From the NCBI GenBank assembly GCA_963774265.1, contig CAVZDU010000001.1, positions 416,001 to 480,000 of the forward strand: 64,000 nt of DNA, written 5' to 3'. The position numbers and the translations under genes were made by a program. This stretch comes from an uncultured Chloroflexia bacterium. GTDB lineage: Bacteria; Chloroflexota; Anaerolineae; CG2-30-64-16. The notes under the pieces were generated by a model. The model searched no databases and was not told the origin of the DNA. It saw nothing but the letters and a program-made list of their open reading frames with translations. Position 1 is the stretch's first letter. Every line of letters begins with the position of its first letter. Positions 38,463-47,333 of the stretch are shown here, in pieces.

Positions 38463-39154
38463 TGAGTAGGATCCTCCTGTGGACTACCTAGAGTCCCATC
38501 GTGGCCAGGCATAATCTGCCGGACGCGTGCCCTGATCGCCGCCTGCACCTGCTCAACCGACTGCCTGGCATCCACCACCAGCCATCGCTCACTCGCTGCA
38601 CTCGCCAACGCCAGATATCCCGCACGCACTCGCTCGTGAAACTCTATCTCCTCGCGTTCCATCCGGTTCCATTCTGCCGTGTCGCCGCCCTGCTTGCGCT
38701 GCAGGCCGTCAAGCACGGGTAGGTCCAGGCAGATGGTCAGCTCAGGTGTGAGATCGCCGGTGGCGAACGCTGTGATCATGCGCAACGCCCCGAGGTCCAG
38801 CTTTCTCCCATACCCCTGGTAAGCCAATGTTGAATCGGCAAAGCGATCGCATAACACGACCCCACCTCGGGCCAAATGGGGACGGATCACCTCGCCGACG
38901 ATTTGCGCCCGTGCAGCCGAAAAGAGAAGGATTTCGGCCTGCGGCTGCATTTCCACGTGCTCCGGGTTCAGCAGAATGGCACGCACCGCGTCACCGATGC
39001 GCGTACCGCCCGGCTCCCTGGTCGTGATTACGTCACAACCTCGATCCCGCAACCAATCCGCCAGGAGACGGATTTGAGTTGTCTTCCCCCCACCTTCGGG
39101 GCCTTCAAAACTAACAAACAAGCGATGCTCCGGCTGGCCGGCAGGCCACATCAC
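38459..39154 (-). CDS. tmk: Thymidylate kinase
   Basis: FEGPEGGGKTTQ, TREPGG and CDRFADSTLAYQG motifs. Confidence 0.95.
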   Translation of the reverse strand: MMWPAGQPEHRLFVSFEGPEGGGKTTQIRLLADWLRDRGCDVITTREPGGTRIGDAVRAILLNPEHVEMQPQAEILLFSAARAQIVGEVIRPHLARGGVVLCDRFADSTLAYQGYGRKLDLGALRMITAFATGDLTPELTICLDLPVLDGLQRKQGGDTAEWNRMEREEIEFHERVRAGYLALASAASERWLVVDARQSVEQVQAAIRARVRQIMPGHDGTLGSPQEDPTQ

Positions 39155-40866
39155 TAGGATTGAAAAATCCGCACACGGCGGCGCGGTTCGGAGCCATAAC
39201 TGTGTGACACAAGATTCGCGGAGCGCGCCAGCTCATGTTGCATCCGTCGGACGTCCGGGCTGGCCGGTGGCAGTTCCTCAGACGACGATCCGCTCAGCAC
39301 TCGCCGGATGGCCTCCTGGGTCTCGACGACGGCCCGTTCCATCGGATCCTCGACCTCCACCGGCACACCGAAGATATCGCCCAGGATCGCTTCCATCTGG
39401 TTGATCGTGTTGGAACGTAGTACGTACACCGGAATACGCCGCCGCTCAGCCTCTGTGATGGGCTGCGGATGTTTGCGATAGTAGTTCTTCAGTGTCACGA
39501 CCGCGTTGGCCTGCCCCAACTCCTCCACCACCGTGACGGGGACGCCCAGGTTCTGTGAAGCCTGGATCAGCCGGCTACGGCCCACGCCATAAGGGTAGAC
39601 GCGCAGGTGGTGGTGCTGCTGCCCGCGCTCCGCGGGCGCCGCGCCTGGTCCGACGGAGTCGGACGCCGGCTGGGACTCCGGATGCGGAAGCAAGCCGGCC
39701 GAACCATTGCGATACGACTGGAGTGGTGAGGGCGTGCCGAAAGCGTCCCGTGCGCCGTCCCGTGGAGACTGCCTCCATGAGTAGTCCTGACCGAAGGACT
39801 CCGTGTGTTTTTCAAACGGAAGCCGTCCCATGCCGTTGCTCATCGAGCGCGGCTCGGGCAGGGGCGCAGGCGCCTTTTCGATGCGCAGTTGCCCGCCGTC
39901 GTCGACAAAGCGAATCTCAGGTTGGAGCGAACGACCTCGCAGAAGCGCGTCCACAGCCGCGGCTACGCTGTGATGCACTGCCAGGCGTTGACGGTCCTGC
40001 AACTCGATTAACACATCGAAGGTCGGGGGTGCACGGCGCTCGAGTACCGCTTTTTGCGTACCTCGGCGGCGCGCTTCCTCGTCGCTCAGCGTGACACTCT
40101 CAATACCGCCAACCAGATCCGACAACGTCGGATTGATCAGCAGGTTATCGAGGCTGTTGCCATGTGCTGTGCCGACCAATTGCACGCCGCGCTCCGCGAT
40201 CGTTCGTGCGGCCGCAGCTTCCTGCTCGCGCCCGATCTCATCGATGACGATGGTTTGCGGCATGTGATTTTCGACGGCTTCGATCATCACCTCGTGCTGC
40301 AGCGCCGGATCTGCAACCTGCATACGTCGCGCTCGCCCGATGGCCGGATGGGGAATGTCTCCGTCACCACCGATTTCGTTGGAGGTGTCGACCACGACCA
40401 CGCGGCGCTTTTCGCTCAGAACGCGGGCGGCCTCTCGCAGTAACGTTGTCTTGCCCACGCCAGGCCGGCCCAACAGAAGGATGCTCTGGCCCGATTTGAT
40501 GATGTCTTCGACGATATCGATCACGCCATACACCGCGCGGCCAACACGGCAGGTCAACCCGATCACCTTGCCCTGTCGGTTACGAATCGCAGAAATACGA
40601 TGCAAGGTCCGCGCGATGCCCGCGCGATTGTCGCCCGTGAACTCGCTTGTGCGAGCGATGACGAAGTCCAGATCCTCTTGCGTCACCTCTTTTGGGCTGA
40701 GGGTGAGTTCATGATCAACAAAACGCGCTTCGGGCACGCGGCCTAAGTCCATAATGATTTCCAGAAGATCATCTCCCTGGTTGGCAGCCCGCAGCGCCTG
40801 TTCCACTTGCGGCGGCAGCACCTGTAGCAGCGCATCCAGGTCGTCAGTAATCTTTCTCTGTCCCAT
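39154..40866 (-). CDS. Ycf45/SpoIIIAA-like AAA ATPase with C-terminal R3H domain
   Basis: GRPGVGKTT, DTSNEIGG, IDEIG, GTAHG and RRMQH...SYGSEPRRRV motifs. Confidence 0.85.
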   Translation of the reverse strand: MGQRKITDDLDALLQVLPPQVEQALRAANQGDDLLEIIMDLGRVPEARFVDHELTLSPKEVTQEDLDFVIARTSEFTGDNRAGIARTLHRISAIRNRQGKVIGLTCRVGRAVYGVIDIVEDIIKSGQSILLLGRPGVGKTTLLREAARVLSEKRRVVVVDTSNEIGGDGDIPHPAIGRARRMQVADPALQHEVMIEAVENHMPQTIVIDEIGREQEAAAARTIAERGVQLVGTAHGNSLDNLLINPTLSDLVGGIESVTLSDEEARRRGTQKAVLERRAPPTFDVLIELQDRQRLAVHHSVAAAVDALLRGRSLQPEIRFVDDGGQLRIEKAPAPLPEPRSMSNGMGRLPFEKHTESFGQDYSWRQSPRDGARDAFGTPSPLQSYRNGSAGLLPHPESQPASDSVGPGAAPAERGQQHHHLRVYPYGVGRSRLIQASQNLGVPVTVVEELGQANAVVTLKNYYRKHPQPITEAERRRIPVYVLRSNTINQMEAILGDIFGVPVEVEDPMERAVVETQEAIRRVLSGSSSEELPPASPDVRRMQHELARSANLVSHSYGSEPRRRVRIFQS

Positions 40867-40880
40867 ACCTCTCAAAATCC

Positions 40881-41960
40881 TTAGCGCAGCCGTTCTGCAG
40901 ACGACTGCCGCGGCCCCTGACTGCGCACGGGCAATTCACGCGCCATCTCGCGCACCGGGTGTGTGGCCGGAAGGGGTTCTGCCACGCGGACAACTGTGTG
41001 TTTCACCAACCTCGCCCGCTCCATAAACGGCGCAAACCCGAATCCGATCAGGGCGCCGCTCAAGTTGATGTCATAATCGCGTACCGTAACATACACGGGT
41101 ACGTCCCGGTGATCGCGCATAGCCCGGGCGTCGTTCAGGTGCCGTAATCCCTGCTCTATCAGCAAACGCACTTCCCGCGCCGCCAGCTCCCCCGCGCCCA
41201 ACACGCGCAGCCAATGGCCCGCCCGTCCGCGATGCATCTGCACCGCGCCGCGCACTTCACCGGCGGGCTCCCACACCAACCCCTGCCAATCATTCGGCTC
41301 CCACCAGGAAAGCATGGGAGTACCGGCCTCGGTGCTCAGAGCGCCCTCCGCTTGCTGAACCAGGCGAGGGGTGCCGCGCACATACAGACGCTGCAATGCC
41401 CAGCTATCACGCGGGTGCTGGGGACGAATACCTGGCGCCGACTCAGTAGCTGCCGGAAGCGACGCCAGGCGGTAGATCGTCTCTCTGGTATACAGACAGA
41501 AACCAGCCTGTCTTAGGCTGGTTTGCTCAAAACAATCTTCTGGAGCGCTCGCGTAGATACGCTGAAGCCCGTGTGTGGCTGCGGCCAGAGAGCAATGGTT
41601 AAGCAACCGATTCCAGATCACCTCAGCAGAGCGATCGTTTGCGAGTTGCGACATGTGGGCTGGCGCCACGTGCAAAAGGTCCGCCTCGGAACGATTGGCG
41701 CGCTTCATAAGTTGGACAAAGCCATACAGGCGTTGGCCGTTCACGCGCTCATCGAGCACAAATGTCGCAACTCCCACCCCGGCCCATGGCCATGGCGCAA
41801 TCAACGCAGTCCACAACGGCTCGTGCGGGTGGGTTAGCATGTGCTCTACGGCCAGCGTCATGCCGCTACGTTGCAGGCGTCGTACCAGCCAGATATCGTT
41901 CAGACCGAACGGGCGGATCACGGAATCGCTATCGCTCCAGCACACCCACAGAATGCGCAT
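40881..41960 (-). CDS. Hypothetical protein, possibly tandem GNAT-like fold
   Basis: Long ORF co-oriented with the operon; IRP...D and ..AGF/FGF patterns; start uncertain. Confidence 0.55.
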   Translation of the reverse strand: MRILWVCWSDSDSVIRPFGLNDIWLVRRLQRSGMTLAVEHMLTHPHEPLWTALIAPWPWAGVGVATFVLDERVNGQRLYGFVQLMKRANRSEADLLHVAPAHMSQLANDRSAEVIWNRLLNHCSLAAATHGLQRIYASAPEDCFEQTSLRQAGFCLYTRETIYRLASLPAATESAPGIRPQHPRDSWALQRLYVRGTPRLVQQAEGALSTEAGTPMLSWWEPNDWQGLVWEPAGEVRGAVQMHRGRAGHWLRVLGAGELAAREVRLLIEQGLRHLNDARAMRDHRDVPVYVTVRDYDINLSGALIGFGFAPFMERARLVKHTVVRVAEPLPATHPVREMARELPVRSQGPRQSSAERLR

Positions 41961-42052
41961 CCAATCGCGCCATCTCTATCTGACATTCTACCACAACGAA
42001 GGTCCTTGACAAGTGATTGCCACTACTGCCTCGCCAGGGCGACGATGCACTC

Positions 42053-42085
42053 AAAAAAAGAACCCCCGGCGAAAGGCCGGGGGTC
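42053..42085 (-). terminator. Intrinsic terminator after csp
   Basis: CCCCCGGC...GCCGGGGG stem followed by TTCTTTTTTT on the minus strand. Confidence 0.85.
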
Positions 42086-42111
42086 AAGTTGGTTCGTGGT
42101 AAGCTGCGCAA

Positions 42112-42318
42112 TTACGCAGGCATCACCGACACAGCCTGTGGACCCTTCGGCGTATCTTCAACGATAAACCGAACGCGCTCGCCGGCATCCAGGTTCCGGA
42201 AGCCCTCGCCTGTGATGTTCGAGTAGTGAACGAATACGTCCTTATCCCCACCATCCGGCGAGATAAACCCGTAACCCTTGCTCCGGCTGAACCACTTGAC
42301 GACACCCGTGCTCTCCAT
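42112..42318 (-). CDS. Cold-shock protein (68 aa)
   Basis: GVVKWF, KGYGFI, DVFVHYS and KGPQA motifs; AGGAGG RBS. Confidence 0.95.
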   Translation of the reverse strand: MESTGVVKWFSRSKGYGFISPDGGDKDVFVHYSNITGEGFRNLDAGERVRFIVEDTPKGPQAVSVMPA

Positions 42319-42481
42319 TAGAAAGTGCCTCCTTGGAGTATGAAAAACTGCTCGCCGCGACTGCCAACGTGCGCCTATCAAGGGATGAATTAAGAAAAAG
42401 CCACCGGGCCAGACGTGCGCACCGGTGACTGGTGACTGTCCTACTCCCTGACAGGTCGCCATGAAGATTCACGGCAGAGAG

Positions 42482-42510
42482 ATAGTACCACTTCTGAAAG
42501 AATGTGTCAA
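42482..42510 (-). promoter_or_regulatory. Sigma70 promoter for csp (TTGACA-N17-TACTAT), implying a ~155-nt 5' leader
   Basis: Consensus -35 and 17-bp spacer; long leaders are typical of cold-induced csp mRNAs. Confidence 0.7.
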
Positions 42511-42562
42511 ATGAGAATGCGCAAGACGCTGTGCCCAACGCAGGTCAATGACATGCCCTACT

Positions 42563-43252
42563 TCAGTTAGGCAACAGCGTGCCGCTGAAACCGAACTGCA
42601 CCGTTTCTGGCCAGTCCTTGCTGCCCACCATCCAGGTCAGGAGGGCGTTCTCGCGGCCCAACAGCTTCAACTCATCGGATAGCATCTGAGCCAGCGAGTC
42701 GGATCCCAACAACTCCTGCTTCTCCTTGTTATCTATCTGCATCGTCACCGCCGCCAGGTAGCCGATTTGCTGAGATGCTGAAGGAATCTCTTCGATCTGG
42801 ATTTGCAGACCGGCGGCATCGGCGATCAGTTTGATATAGCGCTCCACTTGCCCGCGCACCCGCCCGGCAACAGCGTCCACTGCTGCCGGGTCGGACGGGT
42901 CGATCATGGGCGAGGACAGGACTTCACCTCGCAGATAGGGCTGGTCATGCAACAATCGGCGGATTCGAAATCGCTCCACACCAACTGACACGATGTTCAT
43001 CGTCCCATTGTCCAGATGCGTGCTCTCAATGATGCGGGCCATGGTGCCGACTGTGTATGGCTCGGCAGTATCTCCGACCTCCTGCCCACGCTTAATCAAC
43101 ACCACGCCGAATGGAATATCCTGCGCCAGGCAATGGCGGATCATCAACCGGTATCGGTCTTCAAAGATGTGCAGCGGCAGCACCTGACCCGGGAACAAGA
43201 CGGTGTTCAACGGGAAGAGGGGCAGCTCGATCGCCTCAATCATCTCATCCAT
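42563..43252 (-). CDS. LON peptidase substrate-binding (N-terminal) domain protein
   Basis: LPLFPLNTVLFPG, LHIFEDRY, FGVVLI and GVERFRI motifs; no AAA or protease domain. Confidence 0.88.
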   Translation of the reverse strand: MDEMIEAIELPLFPLNTVLFPGQVLPLHIFEDRYRLMIRHCLAQDIPFGVVLIKRGQEVGDTAEPYTVGTMARIIESTHLDNGTMNIVSVGVERFRIRRLLHDQPYLRGEVLSSPMIDPSDPAAVDAVAGRVRGQVERYIKLIADAAGLQIQIEEIPSASQQIGYLAAVTMQIDNKEKQELLGSDSLAQMLSDELKLLGRENALLTWMVGSKDWPETVQFGFSGTLLPN

Positions 43253-43263
43253 ACGATATGGTC

Positions 43264-43935
43264 TCAGTCCAGTGTACCCGCAGCGAGACGCAGCCCTGGC
43301 ACATCACGCAATTCAATCTTCCGGTAGCCTAATTCGACCAGGCCCTCGTCCTTGAATCCGCGCAGGATCGCGCTGATCGTCTCGCGATAGGTGCCAAGCA
43401 TGTCGGCCAGCGCCTGATGGCTCGTGCCGCGAATCGCCCTGCCGCCATTGGCCAACTCAAGCAACAGGCCGGCCAGGCGCTCCGGCAGCCGCTTGTAGGC
43501 CACTTCTTCCATCCGATTCTCAACCTGCGCCAATCGCTGGCCGACCGTTTGTAACAGCCCCCAGCTCAAAACGGGATACCGCAGTGCGAGACTCTGCGCT
43601 TGTAGCTGGGGCACCGCCCACAGGATGCAATCCGTCAATGCAATTGCTTTTACACACGGATCGACGGCGCCCAGGAGCGCACCCTCACCGAACATCGCCC
43701 CAGGTCCCAGGGTGGCAATCGCCAGCCGCCGACCATTCGGGCCTTCATGAATTAGCTGCACGCGCCCTTTCATCAAAGTATACAGGTTACGTCCCAATTG
43801 CTCAGGGCCTGCAACGTGTTGCCCCACGCGGAACGACTGCGCCGTAATTGCCTCTTTGAACTCTGGATCGTCCTCACGGAGCTCGATCAAGATCTCCGGC
43901 AGCGACCTCTGCTTTCCTCGCTGAAACATCTGCAT
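43264..43935 (-). CDS. Crp/Fnr-family transcriptional regulator (LdrP-like position)
   Basis: LGPGAMFGE, ERLAGLLLEL and SHQALADMLGTYRETIS HTH. Confidence 0.9.
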   Translation of the reverse strand: MQMFQRGKQRSLPEILIELREDDPEFKEAITAQSFRVGQHVAGPEQLGRNLYTLMKGRVQLIHEGPNGRRLAIATLGPGAMFGEGALLGAVDPCVKAIALTDCILWAVPQLQAQSLALRYPVLSWGLLQTVGQRLAQVENRMEEVAYKRLPERLAGLLLELANGGRAIRGTSHQALADMLGTYRETISAILRGFKDEGLVELGYRKIELRDVPGLRLAAGTLD

Positions 43936-43983
43936 CCTTCCTTCCTCTGCCATCTCTCCACACAACCACTACAAGTGTAAGAA

Positions 43984-44012
43984 ACTATACTACAGAAGCA
44001 CCCCACCGTCAA
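43984..44012 (-). promoter_or_regulatory. Sigma70 promoter TTGACG-N17-TATAGT for the crp-like gene
   Basis: Near-consensus hexamers with 17-bp spacer. Confidence 0.65.
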
Positions 44013-44039
44013 TGCTTTGTCGAGACTCTTAATGTACCC

Positions 44040-45056
44040 TTAAGGGTTTGCCGAGTCATTGCGCGCTGAAAGGCGGATAGTCCCTGGCTCAACAACAGGG
44101 CTTCGCGAGAGCAGCATCATGATTTGCTCGACTCCCTCGCGGGCGTTCTCGCCGAGGAAAACGCCTGGGATCCGGGTCCGCAAAGCAGGCTCGACGTTAA
44201 AGATCCGACCGCCAAAAGCAAACACCGGCTGCGGCCTGCGCATCCCTTGGATTGCCTGGCCGATCGTCACCAGACCTGCGGCAGTTTCTGCTGTCGTTGC
44301 CGCCATAACAATCATCGCCGGGCTCAGCCGTACCATCTCCTCGACAAACCGGTCCGCAGGCACATTCTGGCCCAAATAGATCGTGTTGACATGACGTCGC
44401 CGGAGCATAAGGTGGATCAACAATAAGCCCAGTTCGTGCCAATCACCGGGAGCGCAGCCCAGTACTACCAGCGGCCCATTGCTGGGCTGTTGGACGGCGT
44501 TAATGATAGATTCCAGCTTGCGTCGAAGATAGTTGCTAGCGAAATGCTCAGTCGCCGTGCTCACGCGGTTCTCATGCCACATGTCACCGACCTGGACCAT
44601 GGCGGGGGCTAGGATGCTCTCAGCAACCAGCTCCAAACCGTACACCGCAAAGGCTTCTTCGAGCACCCGGTCGGCCCGGCTCTCATCGTAGCGGATCAAC
44701 GCAGATAGCAAGGCATCTCGGGACTCGCGTGGGCCCTGCAGGGGTCTACTGCGACCCACAGTATCCCAGGCGAGCGTAGCTACACGCGTAGGTTGAAGAG
44801 TCAGAAGGTTGATAGCCTGGCTGATATTCATGCCCTCATCAACGCGCGCTTTAAGCCACCTTAGGACAGTAATATCGCGGCCGGAGTAAAGACGATAACC
44901 GCTCGCGGTGCGACCGGGAGAGAGCGCTCGATATCGTCGCTCCCAGGCGCGCAGCGTGGCAGCGGGCAGCCCGGTGGCTTCCACTACTGCTTTGATATTG
45001 TAGATGGGTTGGTCTTCGTGCTCCTGGTTGGCTTCCGTCATGCCATGAGATCCCAT
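44040..45056 (-). CDS. CarH/LitR-type MerR regulator with B12-binding domain (copy 1)
   Basis: TLRAWERRY HTH, W-x9-EH (WHENRVSTATEH), DWHELG and YLGQNVP motifs. Confidence 0.88.
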   Translation of the reverse strand: MGSHGMTEANQEHEDQPIYNIKAVVEATGLPAATLRAWERRYRALSPGRTASGYRLYSGRDITVLRWLKARVDEGMNISQAINLLTLQPTRVATLAWDTVGRSRPLQGPRESRDALLSALIRYDESRADRVLEEAFAVYGLELVAESILAPAMVQVGDMWHENRVSTATEHFASNYLRRKLESIINAVQQPSNGPLVVLGCAPGDWHELGLLLIHLMLRRRHVNTIYLGQNVPADRFVEEMVRLSPAMIVMAATTAETAAGLVTIGQAIQGMRRPQPVFAFGGRIFNVEPALRTRIPGVFLGENAREGVEQIMMLLSRSPVVEPGTIRLSARNDSANP

Positions 45057-45121
45057 TTCAATGCACCCCCGCGAGTAGAAAGAAAAAGCCGTCCATGTGA
45101 ATACTCTTCACATTTATCTGA

Positions 45122-45172
45122 ATGATAGCACGTTTTTGATTCTTTGTCAATAGTTTGTATATGGTTTGGAAA
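45122..45172 (-). promoter_or_regulatory. Sigma70 promoter TTGACA-N17-TATCAT overlapped by 11-bp-period direct repeats (putative CarH operator)
   Basis: Minus strand reads TTTCCA-aacca-TATACA-aacta-TTGACA-aagaa-TCAAAA. Confidence 0.7.
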
Positions 45173-45180
45173 ATGGGCTT

Positions 45181-45217
45181 AAACGAAAAGAAATCCGTAG
45201 TTCTCGTCCTACGGATT
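45181..45217 (-). terminator. Intrinsic terminator after CarH-like copy 2
   Basis: AATCCGTAG/CTACGGATT 9-bp stem followed by TCTTTTCGTTT. Confidence 0.7.
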
Positions 45218-45245
45218 CCTGATATTGGCTGGTAAAGGGGTCAAA

Positions 45246-46196
45246 TCAGCCGATGATGCCGATCAACTCTCTGGCGCTTCCTACGACCAGCGCATCCTTA
45301 AAGCGCTGGGCCAGCTCAGGACGGCCTTTGAAGCCGCAGCCGCCAAAGGCGAGTCGCGGACGCGGCTCGGGTAGTGCTGTAACCAATTCATATACTTCTG
45401 CCAACGCGGCGACGCTGTCACCGGTCGCGGCGGAGAGGCACAGCAAGTCAGGCTTGAGTTTGCGCACTTCACGCCACAAATGCTCCAGAGGCACGTTCTG
45501 GCCCAGATAGATGACGCGCCAGCCGTGCCGGCGAAGTGCCAGCGAAACCATCAAGGCCCCAATATCGTGCCATTCCGACGGCGCCGCCCCTGTGATAGCT
45601 AAGAGGCCCGCGGTTGGCTGTGGGTAGGCGTCAAACAACGACGTCAGGCGGCGTCTCAGGAAGGCCGTCGCAAAATGCTCCTGGACGATGCTCACCTCCC
45701 CGCGATGCCAGCCTTCACCGATCTCAACAAGGGTGGGTGCGATAATCTCTTCGGCCACCACGTCAACCGGATGTAACGCGAACGCCTCACTCAGGATAGC
45801 TTCTGATTGCGCCTCCTGGAAGGAGCTCAATGCTGCAACGAGTTCATCGGCGATGGCGCTCGGGCAGCGCACAGTCTCCGCGGGCGTTGTCGTACCAGAC
45901 ACGTGATCGACTTCCAACTCGGGTGCTCCACCCGCCTGGCGTCGCATTTCCAGTAACGCCACTGCGCGGCTGATTGAAACCCCCGCATCCACCTGGTTTT
46001 TCAACCAGTGAAGGGTTGCAATATCCCGTTCCGAATAGAGCCGATAACCACCATCGCTGCGACCAGGCGATAGCACGCCATAGCGTCGCTCCCACGCGCG
46101 CAACGTGGCAGGTGCAATCCCGGTCTCCAGGACGACCGTCTTGATCGTGTAGACCGGCATATCGTCGTAGCCGCTTAAGCGAGGTTCATCCGCCAT
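45246..46196 (-). CDS. CarH/LitR-type MerR regulator with B12-binding domain (copy 2)
   Basis: TLRAWERRY HTH, W-x9-EH (WHRGEVSIVQEH), EWHDIG and YLGQNVP motifs. Confidence 0.88.
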   Translation of the reverse strand: MADEPRLSGYDDMPVYTIKTVVLETGIAPATLRAWERRYGVLSPGRSDGGYRLYSERDIATLHWLKNQVDAGVSISRAVALLEMRRQAGGAPELEVDHVSGTTTPAETVRCPSAIADELVAALSSFQEAQSEAILSEAFALHPVDVVAEEIIAPTLVEIGEGWHRGEVSIVQEHFATAFLRRRLTSLFDAYPQPTAGLLAITGAAPSEWHDIGALMVSLALRRHGWRVIYLGQNVPLEHLWREVRKLKPDLLCLSAATGDSVAALAEVYELVTALPEPRPRLAFGGCGFKGRPELAQRFKDALVVGSARELIGIIG

Positions 46197-46234
46197 TGCG
46201 CATTCTCTCCCCTGCTTCGTACAGGGCCCACACT

Positions 46235-47017
46235 TCAGGCCTGCGTCGCAGCCTCCAACGCCTCGACAATACGCTCGGCTGCTGCGACAAGCTCCGGCGC
46301 CTGATCGAACACCGCCAATCCGCCCTGATCTGCGGCTACAGCATCCGCCGTAAACGGCAGGCTGCCCAGCAACGGCAGTCCGCCGGCTCGCGAGCGAATG
46401 AACTCCTCATCCTGCGGCCCACGCGTCTTGTTTGCCACAAGGAAGATCCGCGGCACGCCGATCTCTGACGCCAGGAAGCGAATTTGCTCCGCGGTGCCCA
46501 GGCTGCGAAGCCCTGGCTCGACCACGATTACAAAAGCATCGACTGCGCCGGCAGTGCCTCGGCCCAGGTGCTCGATGCCGGCTTCCATATCGAGAATCAG
46601 GGTTTGATCCTTGCGCAGCAGCAGGTGCGTCACCAGCGCCTTCAGCAATGCGTTTTCCGGGCAGAGACAACCGGCGCCGCCGGTGCGCACCGTGCCGAGT
46701 CGCAGGAGCTTCACCCCGCGATACGTGATACTCAGAGTCTCGGGAATGTCGTCGACCTTGGGATTCAGCTTAAACCAACCGCCGACCGTGCCGGGCTGTG
46801 CGCCGGTCCGCTCATAGATCAGCTCTTCCATCTCGGAAATCGGCTTGAGATCCGCGTCCAATTGCGCGGAAAGACCAAACGCCAAGCCGAGGTTGCCAGC
46901 GGGATCCGCATCGATCGCGATGACGTCTTTCCCGCGCCGCTGATAAACGTATGAGAGGAGCGCGGTGAGCGTTGTCTTACCCACCCCACCCTTACCGGTG
47001 ATTGCAATCTTAGGCAT
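46235..47017 (-). CDS. cooC: CooC/AcsF-like nickel-insertion ATPase
   Basis: GKGGVGKT, IDADP, GCLC (CxC) and DMEAGIEHLGRG motifs. Confidence 0.8.
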   Translation of the reverse strand: MPKIAITGKGGVGKTTLTALLSYVYQRRGKDVIAIDADPAGNLGLAFGLSAQLDADLKPISEMEELIYERTGAQPGTVGGWFKLNPKVDDIPETLSITYRGVKLLRLGTVRTGGAGCLCPENALLKALVTHLLLRKDQTLILDMEAGIEHLGRGTAGAVDAFVIVVEPGLRSLGTAEQIRFLASEIGVPRIFLVANKTRGPQDEEFIRSRAGGLPLLGSLPFTADAVAADQGGLAVFDQAPELVAAAERIVEALEAATQA

Positions 47018-47206
47018 GTAAGTTTCCTTAAATGAGGTTCGCTGCCGTCAGTCTCAAAACACGTGCATGGTTGAACGCACGTCTAACGTTTCCGATTCTC
47101 CACGGCTTGCCGTAATGAACTTCTATGAACAAAGATAGCACATAGCCTGCATCTTGACAGGCAGGAATAATACATTCCTGTAATTGGATGATTTCGGGGG
47201 AAAATC

Positions 47207-47255
47207 AGACCCGGCTGCGCGGTGCGCATCCTTGCGCTCACGCAACCGGGTCTAC
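47207..47255 (-). repeat. GTAG-type REP-like hairpin
   Basis: Minus strand GTAGACCCGGTTGCG...CGCAGCCGGGTCT with an inner GCGCA/TGCGC stem. Confidence 0.6.
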
Positions 47256-47333
47256 GACTGCCTTACTCGCCTTTGAGACTAAGCTCGTCGCATGGTGAAA
47301 CCTGCAGTCAGACCTTCGAGGCCTGCGATCGGG

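Noticed and set aside
42319-42462. 116-aa version of the cold-shock protein
   Set aside because: The extension falls in the predicted 5' leader; the RBS and domain boundary support ATG 42318.
47020-47330. Possible tRNA-Sec or other ncRNA in the intergenic gap near selD
   Set aside because: No cloverleaf or T-loop pattern was recognisable; the structure present is explained by a REP-like hairpin and a short palindrome.
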